NCBI GenBank assembly: GCA_949288095.1
Contig: CASEIX010000012.1
Coordinates: forward strand, 5,570 to 69,569
Length of the DNA: 64,000 nt
Reading direction: 5' to 3'
Origin: an uncultured Eubacteriales bacterium
Lineage (GTDB): Bacteria > Bacillota > Clostridia > TANB77 > CAG-508
In this document: positions 49,253 through 59,189 of the stretch, piece after piece
Numbering within the stretch: the first letter of the stretch is position 1
How the letters are laid out: every line of letters begins with the position of its first letter
Program-made: the position numbers and the translations under genes
Notes under the pieces: model-generated
Database searches by the model: none
What the model was told of the DNA's origin: nothing
The model's input: the letters and a program-made list of their open reading frames with translations, nothing else

Positions 49253-50506
49253 TTATATGCATTGAATTGGTATAGCCATATTTTTTTCGTCAAATGGGAT
49301 TATTTTATCCACCATACAAATAACGCCACCTTCTCCTATTTCTTTTTCTCCTTTATTTAATATCTTAAAATTTTTAATCATATTTTTATCTGGGTTTTTG
49401 GATTTTTTTATTTCTACTGGATAAACCTTGTTATTCATAGTGATAATTAAATCAATTTCTACTTGATTACTATCTCTATAAAAATTTAAATATAATCTGG
49501 GATCTTTATTGTCATTTACAAAAGATTTTACAATCTCCATAACAACATAAGTTTCAAACATATTTCCATTTATCGCACTCTTTTCTAATGTTTTGGCATC
49601 TGAATAACCTGCTAAATAACAAGCAAGACCTGTATCTGTAAAATACATCTTTGGTGTTTTAATTGCTCTTGTTGTTGGATTATTGGAATATGGTTGTAAT
49701 AGAAAAATTAATCCAGAAGTTCTTAAATAAGAAAGCCAATTTTTTGCAGTTTTATTATCGATTTCTGCATCACGTGCTATATTATCATAATTCAACTCTT
49801 GCCCTGTTCTTGCAGCAACTGCTGACATAAATGTCAAAAATTTCGTTTCTTCTTTAATGGTAACCATATCTCTAATATCTCTTTCTAGATATGTTCTTAG
49901 ATAACTACTATAAAATTTTTCTGTACTAATATTTTCATTTTGATATAATGCTGGAAAAGAGCCTCTAACAATTTTTTCAAAAACCTCTAATGTTTCTGGT
50001 CTTTTATTGTTTTCTCTTTCTTTACATCTATCTTTTGTTGGTAAAAAATAATCTTGCTCTTCTCCTATAAGTTCACTATATGACAAACCATACATATCAA
50101 TAATACCAACTCTTCCAGCCAAACTTTCACTTACATTTTGCATCATAGTAAACATTTGTGAACCTGTTAAATAGTATAGTCCATTACTATTTGTATTATT
50201 TTCAAAAGCCTCTAATCTAGCTTGGTCCACTTTAATTTTAATATATGGCAATAATTCTGTTGCATATTGAATTTCATCGATAATTAATGGTGGTTTATGA
50301 TTTTCTAAAAATAGTGATGGATCTTCTTTTGCATTTTTTCTTTCCAAAGGATCATCTAGACTTACATAGTTCACTTGATGATTAGAAATTTTTTCTAAAA
50401 CTGTTGTTTTTCCTACCTGCCTAGGACCACAAAGTAAAATAACAGGAAAAGATTTACTATTTTCAATAATATCTTTTTCTAACAATCTTTTTATATAATC
50501 ATTCAT
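49253..50506 (-). CDS. AAA-family ATPase with DUF4143-like C-terminal domain
   Basis: Walker A GPRQVGKTT, Walker B LIIDEIQ, 417 aa with the typical AAA_14 plus DUF4143 layout. Confidence 0.85.
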   Translation of the reverse strand: MNDYIKRLLEKDIIENSKSFPVILLCGPRQVGKTTVLEKISNHQVNYVSLDDPLERKNAKEDPSLFLENHKPPLIIDEIQYATELLPYIKIKVDQARLEAFENNTNSNGLYYLTGSQMFTMMQNVSESLAGRVGIIDMYGLSYSELIGEEQDYFLPTKDRCKERENNKRPETLEVFEKIVRGSFPALYQNENISTEKFYSSYLRTYLERDIRDMVTIKEETKFLTFMSAVAARTGQELNYDNIARDAEIDNKTAKNWLSYLRTSGLIFLLQPYSNNPTTRAIKTPKMYFTDTGLACYLAGYSDAKTLEKSAINGNMFETYVVMEIVKSFVNDNKDPRLYLNFYRDSNQVEIDLIITMNNKVYPVEIKKSKNPDKNMIKNFKILNKGEKEIGEGGVICMVDKIIPFDEKNMAIPIQCI

Positions 50507-50752
50507 AGAGCGTACCTCCTATGCATATTTGGATTCCAATTCCATTATTGCATAAAATGTATTAAAAGTCAAGATATTTACATATTTATTTTTTCTACCT
50601 CTTCTATAATCTCCTTTATCATACATACAATAATCATTTTCTTTTTTGTACTCAATTTATCTTCACCTCTTTTTATTATATTTATCATAGACATTTTTTG
50701 ACACTTATCACGATTTTTCGACAGTTTCATAAGATACTATGAGGTGATAAAA

Positions 50753-52030
50753 ATGTTTTTTATATCTATGATAATTGCACTAATATGTCTTATCTGTTCA
50801 ATATGTATCAACATCAATTGGATATATGATATTTCATGTTATTTAAGCTATTTCTTAGCAATCTATCTCGTAACTTTTATAGCCATTATTCCAGGATTTC
50901 ATTATATATTCAACTTCTTTAGCTTATTACTTCATAAAAAAGATAAGAAGAAATCCTATAACAAAAAAGAAGAAGATGTTACGATATTATTACCAGTATA
51001 CAATGCCAAAAAATCAATAGAAGAAACACTTGACTCTATTAAAAAGCAAAAATATTGTGGAAATATTTATGTGAAAATCATTGACGATGGTTCAACTGAT
51101 GGAACTTTAGAATTATTAAAATCAATGGATTTAGATTCTAATATAACATTGATAGAAACCAAACACCAAGGAAAAGCAAATGCACTTAACCAAGGTTTAA
51201 AAACTGTATGTACGGATTATACCATTACAATTGATAGTGATACCGTTTTGCATCCTTTAGCTGTTAGAAATATCATGCATCAGTTAGTAAATTCTAATAA
51301 AAAAACAGCTGCAACGGCAGGTTGCCTATTTGTTAAAAATGCCAAAAAGAGTTTTATGGCAAAAGTTCAAGAATGGGATTATACTCTAGGTATTTTTGGA
51401 GTAAAACTAATGCAGGGCAATTACCATTCCACATTAGTTGCACAAGGTGCTTTTAGTGCTTATAAAACAAAAATGCTAAAAGAAATTAGTGGTTGGCAAC
51501 ATTGTGTAGGAGAAGATATTGTTGTTACTTGGCAATTGCTAAGTAAAGGTTATGAAACCAATTTTGCAAAAAATGCCATTGCGTATACAGTTGTTCCTGA
51601 AAAATATAAGGAATTGGGCAAACAAAGAAAAAGATGGGCTAGAGGTATGATAGAAGCTTTTAAAAAGAATAAAATATTAACTTCTAAGAAAATGTCATTG
51701 AAGTCTAAATTCTTAGCATGCTTTAATGTCTTTTTCCCTTTTATTGATTTAGCACTTCTGATTTTTGTACCACTTAGCTTAATTTTCTTAGCGTTTGGAA
51801 ATCCTTTACTTCTTAGTTGGATTTCTCTATTGGTTATTCCTTTTGGACTATTATTATGCTTATTAATCGAAATCAAGAGAAAAAATATGCTAAAAGAAAT
51901 TGATTGTAAATTAGAAAAAAGAAGTTGTTTGGCATTTATTGTCTATATTTTAGTATATGCTTTTATCTTAGCACCATATTGTCTAATGGGTTATATTTCA
52001 GAATTGATCAATTTGAAAAAGAAATGGTAA
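50753..52030 (+). CDS. processive family-2 glycosyltransferase (PgaC/IcaA-like)
   Basis: DDGSTDGT, DSDT and QRKRWARG (QxxRW) motifs; TM helices at both ends. Confidence 0.85.
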   Translation: MFFISMIIALICLICSICININWIYDISCYLSYFLAIYLVTFIAIIPGFHYIFNFFSLLLHKKDKKKSYNKKEEDVTILLPVYNAKKSIEETLDSIKKQKYCGNIYVKIIDDGSTDGTLELLKSMDLDSNITLIETKHQGKANALNQGLKTVCTDYTITIDSDTVLHPLAVRNIMHQLVNSNKKTAATAGCLFVKNAKKSFMAKVQEWDYTLGIFGVKLMQGNYHSTLVAQGAFSAYKTKMLKEISGWQHCVGEDIVVTWQLLSKGYETNFAKNAIAYTVVPEKYKELGKQRKRWARGMIEAFKKNKILTSKKMSLKSKFLACFNVFFPFIDLALLIFVPLSLIFLAFGNPLLLSWISLLVIPFGLLLCLLIEIKRKNMLKEIDCKLEKRSCLAFIVYILVYAFILAPYCLMGYISELINLKKKW

Positions 52031-52038
52031 CTGTAAAA

Positions 52039-52064
52039 AGGAAGGAATTTCTCCTTCCTTTTCT
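52039..52064 (+). terminator. terminator after the glycosyltransferase gene
   Basis: AGGAAGGA / TCCTTCCT then a T-run. Confidence 0.75.
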
Positions 52065-52144
52065 GTTGCTGTACTTATCAACAAAGTACAAATTTAATTA
52101 TATCTTTTACAATTAAATTATTTTTCATAAAATTTAAAATTATA

Positions 52145-52173
52145 TTGGCATTTGCAAACATTTGTTTTGTAAT
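52145..52173 (+). promoter_or_regulatory. promoter of the RNase H-like/Panacea cassette with the same dyad as the KilA-N promoter
   Basis: TTGGCA, 17-nt spacer, TGTAAT; dyad AAACATTTGTTT at 52156-52167. Confidence 0.65.
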
Positions 52174-52192
52174 GTATGAGGAGTTGATACTT

Positions 52193-52651
52193 ATGAAATA
52201 TATAATATTTGTAGATGGAAGTTTTTTAGAAAAAACAAATTTTGCATCCTGTGCCGTTCTTATTTTTAATAATAATAAATTAGTTGACAAAATACTTGTA
52301 ACTGATATAGATAAAATGAAAAATTCTATTGAAGTTGAATTATTAGCTCTAAAAGTTGCTTTAAAACGTATGATTAGAATAATGCAAAAATTGGAAGTGA
52401 AAAAGATTTTAATTTTTTCAGATTGTCAATCAATCGTAGATGTTATAAATACTCAAAAGAAAAACAAAACATTTATAAAGTTAAATTCAAATTTATATCA
52501 TTATGTGCATTCTACAAATAGTTTGCTTTTAAATAAAGAAGGATTAAATTTTAGAATCGAATATCTACCTAGAAAATTTAATATCGCACATAAATATTGT
52601 ACTGAATTACTAAAAAAATATAAAAAATCACACAAAATTGAAATTATGTGA
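52193..52651 (+). CDS. RNase H-fold (RNase HI / RVT_3-like) protein, 152 aa
   Basis: IFVDGS (Asp), SIEVELLALKVAL (Glu), ILIFSDCQSIV (Asp), NIAHKY; GAGGAG RBS. Confidence 0.65.
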   Translation: MKYIIFVDGSFLEKTNFASCAVLIFNNNKLVDKILVTDIDKMKNSIEVELLALKVALKRMIRIMQKLEVKKILIFSDCQSIVDVINTQKKNKTFIKLNSNLYHYVHSTNSLLLNKEGLNFRIEYLPRKFNIAHKYCTELLKKYKKSHKIEIM

Positions 52652-52730
52652 TAAAATATAGAAATTCACATGAAAAATACAAACAAGATTATATTAAGTG
52701 GGAAAAAGAAAATAAAGGAGGTAATAAGTA

Positions 52731-53483
52731 ATGGTTACACATTTTATATTTTTAAGTAGTTCATATTCCTTAGGTACAAGAATTGCTATGGATTATATAG
52801 TAACAGATGATAGTGTTCAAGAAAAATTGAAAAAAGATTTAGAAAAAATTCTTAAAGAATGTGGAAAAGATGTATCTATTTCAACACATATGATACAAGC
52901 AGATGATACAACTTGGAAATCAGTATGTGTAGCAGATCATTTCTTTAAAGATGTAAAGGTTATTGATTCAATAGATAAATTTATTAGACTGATTAAAAAA
53001 GATAGAAAATTAAAAGGCATAGATGTTGCAAAATATATTTTATCCAAAACACCTTGCACTCAATTGAAACTCCAAAAATTAGTATATTTATGTTTTGCAG
53101 ATTATTTATGTGATACTGGAAAAGAATTATTTACAGATAAAATATATGCATTTAAGTATGGTCCAGTAGTAGATACTGTTTATAAAAGATATAAAGAATA
53201 TGGATATAAGCCTATTGATGAAGAGAAAAAAGATATTGATAGTAAGAATATATCTGAAATGCCAGCTAAAAGTAGAATTTTGTTTGCAGAATGCGGAACA
53301 GAAAAATTAATTAGTATAGAAAAAACATTAAAAAAATATGGTAGTTTATCTGCTGCAGATTTAGTAGATTTAACACATAAAGATAATGCACCTTGGTCAA
53401 AAAGCTTTAAAGGTCTTGGAAAATTATATTCTGCTATGAAATTAGATACAATTAAAGAGTATCATCAATATGAAGAATTATAG
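52731..53483 (+). CDS. Panacea (DUF4065) domain protein, antitoxin-like, with about 85-aa N-terminal extension
   Basis: GIDVAKYILSK..TQLKLQKLVYLCFADYL...AFKYGPVVDTVYKRYKEYG matches the DUF4065/SocA/GepA pattern; AAGGAGG RBS. Confidence 0.75.
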   Translation: MVTHFIFLSSSYSLGTRIAMDYIVTDDSVQEKLKKDLEKILKECGKDVSISTHMIQADDTTWKSVCVADHFFKDVKVIDSIDKFIRLIKKDRKLKGIDVAKYILSKTPCTQLKLQKLVYLCFADYLCDTGKELFTDKIYAFKYGPVVDTVYKRYKEYGYKPIDEEKKDIDSKNISEMPAKSRILFAECGTEKLISIEKTLKKYGSLSAADLVDLTHKDNAPWSKSFKGLGKLYSAMKLDTIKEYHQYEEL

Positions 53484-53516
53484 TATTTTTATATTAAACT
53501 TCTTAATATAATATAT

Positions 53517-53547
53517 AAAACTCCCCATACAATGCTAACATGGGGAG
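53517..53547. terminator. terminator shared by the cassette and feoB
   Basis: CTCCCCAT / ATGGGGAG with a T-run on the minus strand. Confidence 0.7.
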
Positions 53548-53569
53548 TATATTTATATCACAAATTATA

Positions 53570-55702
53570 TTAAACCACAAAAACATGGTAAACCAAAGTC
53601 GTTAACATACACAAAACAATTCCACAAACTGTTGGAATTAAGAAACTAATTGCTGTCCATTTCCAACTTCCCGTTTCTTTTTTTATCGTAAGTAAGGTTG
53701 TCGCACAAGGAAAATGAAATATCGTAAATAACATCACATTTATCGCAGTTAATATCGTCCAGCCATTTTGTCTCAAAATTTCTCCTATTACAAATGTATC
53801 TTCCATATTAACCAATGAGGTTCCTTGCATATAACACATAAGGGTAATCGGAAGTACAATTTCATTGGCGGGTATTCCTAATATAAACGCAGTTAAAATA
53901 TATCCATCTAATCCCATAAGATTTGCTAATGGATCTAAAAAGTTTGCAATAATGGTTAATAAACTTTCTCCTTGTATACCAATATTGGCAAATAACCAGA
54001 TAACAAGACCAGCCGGTAGCGCAACTGCAATTGCTCTTCCTAATATAAAGATGGTTCTATCAAAAATAGATCTAACCAATACTTTTAAAAATTGTGGCTT
54101 TCGATAAGGTGGTAATTCTAATACAAAAGAAGATGGCATTCCTTTTAAAATCGTTTTCGATAAAATTTTAGATATCACCAATGTCATAATAATTCCAAGA
54201 ATAATCACACCCATAACGGCTATTGTCGATACAATAGAAGCACCTATTCCCCCTATTGTTCCTGCAATAAATATCGTCGCAACCGTAATTAAAAATGGAA
54301 ATCTTCCATTACATGGAACCAAATTATTGGTTAATATAGCAATCAATCTTTCTCTTGGTGAATCAATAATTCTACATCCTGTAACCCCACAACTATTACA
54401 ACCAAATCCCATACACATGGTAATCATTTGTTTTCCACTACAACATGCTTTTTTAAAAAAGCCATCCATATTAAATGCAATTCTCGGCAAGTACCCTAAA
54501 TCTTCTAATATGGTAAACAATGGAAAAAAGATAGCCATAGGTGGTAACATAACCGATATAACCCATGTTAAAGTTTGATAAACACCTAAAATTAACATAT
54601 TAGATAACCATTCTGGGCAATGTATATATGTAGCAAATTCTATCAATTTTTCTTGTATACTTCCAAATACACTAAATAAAAACTGTGATGGATAATTTGC
54701 TCCTACAATCGTAATCCAAAATATAAGTAGTAAAAACAAAATCATAATAGGAATTCCATATTTTTTAGAAGTCAATATTTTATCAATTTTTCTATCTCTA
54801 CTAGCATAATCTTTATTTTCAAATTGACATACCTTTTTCCCTATTTCTTCTGCATCTTTTACAATTGTTGATACAATCTTTTCTTTAAATTCTTCTTGAT
54901 AAATACCTTTCTCTTCCAATACCTCTAACGCTTCTTGTTTTACTTTCTCTATCTCTATATGATTTATTAATTTTATATGTAACTGTTTTTCTATTTCTCT
55001 TAAAATACGTTCTTCCCCATCTAACACTTTTATGCTTATCCATCTTGCTAGTTTTTCTTCAATTTTATATTGTTCCATAATGCTTTCTTTTACTTGCTTA
55101 ATTGCCCTTTCTATGTTCTCCTGATATTGAATTTGATAGATTTGATCTATTTTTTCTTTTCCCTCACAAACAGTTTTCATGACTTTTAATAAATTATTTA
55201 ATGTCTTTTTCTTTCTAGCTGTAACTCCTACAACTGGTACTTTTAATATGCTAGATAATGCTTCTAAATCAATCTTTATTTTCTTCTTTTTCGCTTCATC
55301 TAATAAATTAACACAAACAATTAGATTATCTGTAATTTCTGTAATTTGTAATACTAAATTTAAGTTTCTTTCTAAAGAAGTGGCATCTATTACGACAACT
55401 GTTGCATCTGGATTTCCAAAACAAATATAGTTTCTAGCAATTTCCTCTTCTTGTGAATGAGACATAATCGAATATGTACCAGGAATATCCACAATTTTAT
55501 ATTGTTCTCCCCTATATTCAAAATATCCTATTGCATTTGCAACTGTTTTACCCGTCCAATTACCAGTATGTTGATTCATTCCTGTTAAATTATTAAATAT
55601 AGTTGATTTTCCAACATTGGGATTTCCTGCTAGTGCAATTGTATAAGTATTTTTTCGTTTTATCTGGTTTTGCTGAATAGATAACTTTTCTTTTTTACTC
55701 AT
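53570..55702 (-). CDS. feoB: ferrous iron transporter B
   Basis: N-terminal G-domain GNPNVGKST, followed by a polytopic membrane domain, 710 aa. Confidence 0.95.
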   Translation of the reverse strand: MSKKEKLSIQQNQIKRKNTYTIALAGNPNVGKSTIFNNLTGMNQHTGNWTGKTVANAIGYFEYRGEQYKIVDIPGTYSIMSHSQEEEIARNYICFGNPDATVVVIDATSLERNLNLVLQITEITDNLIVCVNLLDEAKKKKIKIDLEALSSILKVPVVGVTARKKKTLNNLLKVMKTVCEGKEKIDQIYQIQYQENIERAIKQVKESIMEQYKIEEKLARWISIKVLDGEERILREIEKQLHIKLINHIEIEKVKQEALEVLEEKGIYQEEFKEKIVSTIVKDAEEIGKKVCQFENKDYASRDRKIDKILTSKKYGIPIMILFLLLIFWITIVGANYPSQFLFSVFGSIQEKLIEFATYIHCPEWLSNMLILGVYQTLTWVISVMLPPMAIFFPLFTILEDLGYLPRIAFNMDGFFKKACCSGKQMITMCMGFGCNSCGVTGCRIIDSPRERLIAILTNNLVPCNGRFPFLITVATIFIAGTIGGIGASIVSTIAVMGVIILGIIMTLVISKILSKTILKGMPSSFVLELPPYRKPQFLKVLVRSIFDRTIFILGRAIAVALPAGLVIWLFANIGIQGESLLTIIANFLDPLANLMGLDGYILTAFILGIPANEIVLPITLMCYMQGTSLVNMEDTFVIGEILRQNGWTILTAINVMLFTIFHFPCATTLLTIKKETGSWKWTAISFLIPTVCGIVLCMLTTLVYHVFVV

Positions 55703-55711
55703 AAAATCCTC

Positions 55712-55939
55712 CTATTTTAATTTTATATTTTCCGCATCTTCTTTTCGAATAGCGATTAAACTCCCTCTAAACTCAAAAGCTCTGGGATCTCCTGATGGAC
55801 TTATTAAAACTGGTTTTATATTTGTTCCTTCAATTAATCCTAAATCTAATAGCCTTCTTTTAATGGTGTCTTCTCCTACAATTTTATGAACAATCCCTAT
55901 TTCTTCCAGTTCTAATTCGTTTACTGTTTTTTCTTTCAT
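55712..55939 (-). CDS. feoA: ferrous iron transport protein A
   Basis: 75-aa SH3-like FeoA pattern (RRLLDLGLIEGT), directly upstream of feoB. Confidence 0.85.
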   Translation of the reverse strand: MKEKTVNELELEEIGIVHKIVGEDTIKRRLLDLGLIEGTNIKPVLISPSGDPRAFEFRGSLIAIRKEDAENIKLK

Positions 55940-56150
55940 CTACATATAGCACCTCCATATTATGTTTAGTATATAGTATTCTTTTTCTTGATTTTATGTT
56001 CAAATACATGACCTGTATGCTCGGTTGTCAAATTGCACTTATTTGTCTTTTGTGGTAAAATTTTGTTGTAAAAGTATATTTATGAAAAATGTATATAATT
56101 ATATTATTTTTATTGCTAATGGCTCATATACTTTTACAGGAGGAATTTAT

Positions 56151-57143
56151 ATGAAAAATAAATTTAAAGTAGCAATCGTTGGTGCTAGTGGTGTTGTTGG
56201 AAGAACTGCTTTGAAAGTACTAGAAGAAAAAAACTTTTCAAATGTTGAATTTACTTTATTTTCTTCTAAAAAATCAGCTGGAAAGAAAATCGAATTTTTA
56301 GGAAATAACTATATTCTTCAAGAATTAACAGAAAATTCTTTTAACAAACCATTTGATTATGCCATCTTTTGTGCAGGAGGAACTGTTTCTAAAAAATTTA
56401 TACCAATCGCTGTGAATCATCATTGTGTTTGTATTGATAATAGCAGTATGTATAGAATGGATAAAGATGTTCCCTTAGTCGTTCCAGAAGTTAACATGAA
56501 AGAAGCTTTCAAAAACAAAGGAATTATAGCAAACCCTAATTGCTCTACAATTCAGGCAGTAGTTCCTTTAAAACCTTTAGATGATACCTATCACATAAAA
56601 CGAATTGTATATTCTACTTATCAAGCCGTTTCAGGCGCTGGAAGAGATGGAATTCAAGATTTAGAAAACGGTGCAAATGGATTTGCTCCAAAAAAATTTC
56701 CTTACCCTATCTTTAATAACTGTTTACCACAAATTGATGTATTTATGGATGATGGTTATACAAAAGAAGAACATAAAATGATAGATGAAACAAGAAAAAT
56801 CTTAAATAGACCTGATTTACCTATTACAGCAACAACTGTGCGTGTTCCTGTTTTAAACTGTCACAGTGAATCTATTAATATTGAATTTGAAAAAGATTTT
56901 GATTTATATGATGTAAAACAATTATTACAAAACTATCCAGGTGTCATAGTAGTTGATGATATAGAAAAAAATTACTATCCAATTGCTACAAAAGCTGACG
57001 GATATGATGAGGTTTTTGTAGGAAGAATTCGAAGAGATAATAGTGTAAAATATGGACTTAATTTATGGGTTGTTGCAGATAACTTAAGAAAAGGCGCTGC
57101 AAGTAATGCTATCGAAATCTTAGAAAATATGATGATGGCCTAA
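56151..57143 (+). CDS. asd: aspartate-semialdehyde dehydrogenase
   Basis: VAIVGASGVVG and active-site NPNCSTIQ; ATG 56151 follows AGGAGG. Confidence 0.93.
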   Translation: MKNKFKVAIVGASGVVGRTALKVLEEKNFSNVEFTLFSSKKSAGKKIEFLGNNYILQELTENSFNKPFDYAIFCAGGTVSKKFIPIAVNHHCVCIDNSSMYRMDKDVPLVVPEVNMKEAFKNKGIIANPNCSTIQAVVPLKPLDDTYHIKRIVYSTYQAVSGAGRDGIQDLENGANGFAPKKFPYPIFNNCLPQIDVFMDDGYTKEEHKMIDETRKILNRPDLPITATTVRVPVLNCHSESINIEFEKDFDLYDVKQLLQNYPGVIVVDDIEKNYYPIATKADGYDEVFVGRIRRDNSVKYGLNLWVVADNLRKGAASNAIEILENMMMA

Positions 57144-57166
57144 TTTTACATATACAAATAACCAAA

Positions 57167-57206
57167 AAAAGATATATTACTATTTTTATTTAGCAATATA
57201 TCTTTT
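57167..57206. terminator. bidirectional AT-rich terminator
   Basis: AAAAGATATATT / AATATATCTTTT. Confidence 0.55.
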
Positions 57207-57213
57207 ATTTTAC

Positions 57214-57552
57214 TTATACATTTTTCCATAGCCAATCTAAACTATTGTCTATACTTTTCTTTTCCATTTTCTTTGCTTCTATATCATCTACCCATAGATA
57301 TGCAAAGAATGAAATAAAGATAAATACAAAATCAATGGCTACGCATCTTCCTAAAACTGGTAACATATCTCTATATTCTTGTGGTAATGTTATTAGCTGA
57401 GCTGCATGTATAACTAATATAATTAAATAAGCAAACAATACAATTCCTGTTATATAACTCTTCTTTAATTCTTGTGCTAAAAATATCAAAAGTATCGTTG
57501 CAGCAAGCATTAATAATAGGTTTAATATGTTTGATATATCAAAAATAAACAT
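57214..57552 (-). CDS. small membrane protein (3 TM)
   Basis: 112-aa hydrophobic ORF in its own intergenic slot. Confidence 0.5.
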   Translation of the reverse strand: MFIFDISNILNLLLMLAATILLIFLAQELKKSYITGIVLFAYLIILVIHAAQLITLPQEYRDMLPVLGRCVAIDFVFIFISFFAYLWVDDIEAKKMEKKSIDNSLDWLWKNV

Positions 57553-57654
57553 AGCATAACGCCCCCTTATAAGTATAAGTTAATGTTATCATTTTACTTT
57601 TAATATATCAATGCTTTTTTATTTACATTTATATTACAAATTCATTACAATATC

Positions 57655-59019
57655 TTATTTTAATTTTTTCTCTATTAATTTAACAATTTCTTCTGCTCTC
57701 TTCGTTATATATTCTTGGTCTTCCCCTTCAATCATAACTCTAACTAGTGGTTCTGTTCCTGATGGTCTAATAACCACTCTTCCATTTCCAGCAAATTCTT
57801 TTTCTACATCCTCAATTGCTTTTTTGATATCTGCATCTTTGTCATAATCATATTTTTTATCTGCATTTACTTTTGCATTAATTAATACTTGTGGATATAA
57901 TTTAATGATACTTGCTAGTTCTGATGCTGTTTTATTTTCTTCTAATATGGTTTGAATCAACATTAAAGAAGTTAAGATACCATCTCCAGTAGGATTATAA
58001 TCTAACAAAATGACATGTCCTGATTGCTCTCCTCCTAAGTTATATCCTTCTTTTAACATTTCTTCTAATACATATCTATCTCCTACTTTTGTTTGTACCA
58101 ATTTTAATTCATTATTTTCAGCATATTTATTTAATCCTAAATTACTCATGATAGTAGCTACAATTGTATCTTTGTTTAATTTGCCTTTTTTTCTTAAGCT
58201 TGAAGAAATAATAGCTAATAATTTATCTCCATCAATTTCATTTCCCTTTTCATCAATTGCTAAACATCTATCTCCATCACCATCATAGGCAATTCCTAAA
58301 CTTAATTTGTTTTCTACAACAAATTTCTTTAGATTATCTAAATGTGTAGAGCCACAATTTTCATTAATGTTAATACCATCTGGTGTATTATTGATAATTC
58401 TATAATTGATTCCTAAATCCTTAAATACTTTTTCTGCTACAACAGATGTTGCTCCATTAGCTGTATCAATTCCTACAACAAAGTCATCTCTTAAATGTTT
58501 TTCAATTGTGTCATCGAAATGTTTTCTAAAGAAATATATGTATTCATTCATTAAATCAAAACAATATTCAGCTACACCAATCTTTTCATTTTTTGCTGTT
58601 AATTCTTCTAATTTTCCTGATTCCATAACTTCTTCTATTTCTTCTTCTAATGTATCTGGTATTTTCATTCCTTTATTACTAAAGAATTTAATTCCGTTAA
58701 ATTCAAAAGTATTGTGTGATGCAGATATCACAACACTAGCATCTGCTTTCAATTTTCTTGTTAAATAAGCAACTGCTGGGGTTGGAATCACTCCTAATAG
58801 TTTTACCTTTGCTCCATAGCTTAAAAATCCTGCTGTCATAGCACTTTCAATTAATGTTCCAGAAATACGTGTATCCCTTCCGATTAAAATAGTTGGTGTA
58901 TGATCTGTATGTTTAGATAATACATATGCTCCTGCTTTTGCAACCTTGTACACCAATTGAGGTGTTAATTCTGTATTGGCAATTCTTCTAATACCATCTG
59001 TTCCAAAATACTTTCTCAT
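57655..59019 (-). CDS. glmM: phosphoglucosamine mutase
   Basis: phosphoserine loop SASHN, metal site DGDGDR, 454 aa. Confidence 0.95.
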   Translation of the reverse strand: MRKYFGTDGIRRIANTELTPQLVYKVAKAGAYVLSKHTDHTPTILIGRDTRISGTLIESAMTAGFLSYGAKVKLLGVIPTPAVAYLTRKLKADASVVISASHNTFEFNGIKFFSNKGMKIPDTLEEEIEEVMESGKLEELTAKNEKIGVAEYCFDLMNEYIYFFRKHFDDTIEKHLRDDFVVGIDTANGATSVVAEKVFKDLGINYRIINNTPDGININENCGSTHLDNLKKFVVENKLSLGIAYDGDGDRCLAIDEKGNEIDGDKLLAIISSSLRKKGKLNKDTIVATIMSNLGLNKYAENNELKLVQTKVGDRYVLEEMLKEGYNLGGEQSGHVILLDYNPTGDGILTSLMLIQTILEENKTASELASIIKLYPQVLINAKVNADKKYDYDKDADIKKAIEDVEKEFAGNGRVVIRPSGTEPLVRVMIEGEDQEYITKRAEEIVKLIEKKLK

Positions 59020-59189
59020 TTCTTTACTTCCTTTCCATAAAATTAAATGTACATTTAATTTTATCTTTCCTATTTAATGTTTAATAAATAATATTATGAT
59101 ATCTTTTGTAATCTATTTTATTTGATATCATTTCATTTCATTTCTCTTTATATTATTCAATTTTTTTTATCATGCTATTGTTCAGGATT

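Noticed and set aside
52193-52651. The RNase H-like (RVT_3-type) protein as the reverse transcriptase partner of the putative DGR variable region
   Set aside because: It is only 152 aa and has no RT palm motifs (no YxDD). RVT_3 is an RNase H fold, not a polymerase.
52135-53575. A 10-nt direct repeat (aaattatatt) on both sides of the RNase H/Panacea cassette as a target-site duplication
   Set aside because: A 10-mer made entirely of A and T is expected by chance in this composition, and no terminal inverted repeats or recombinase are present.
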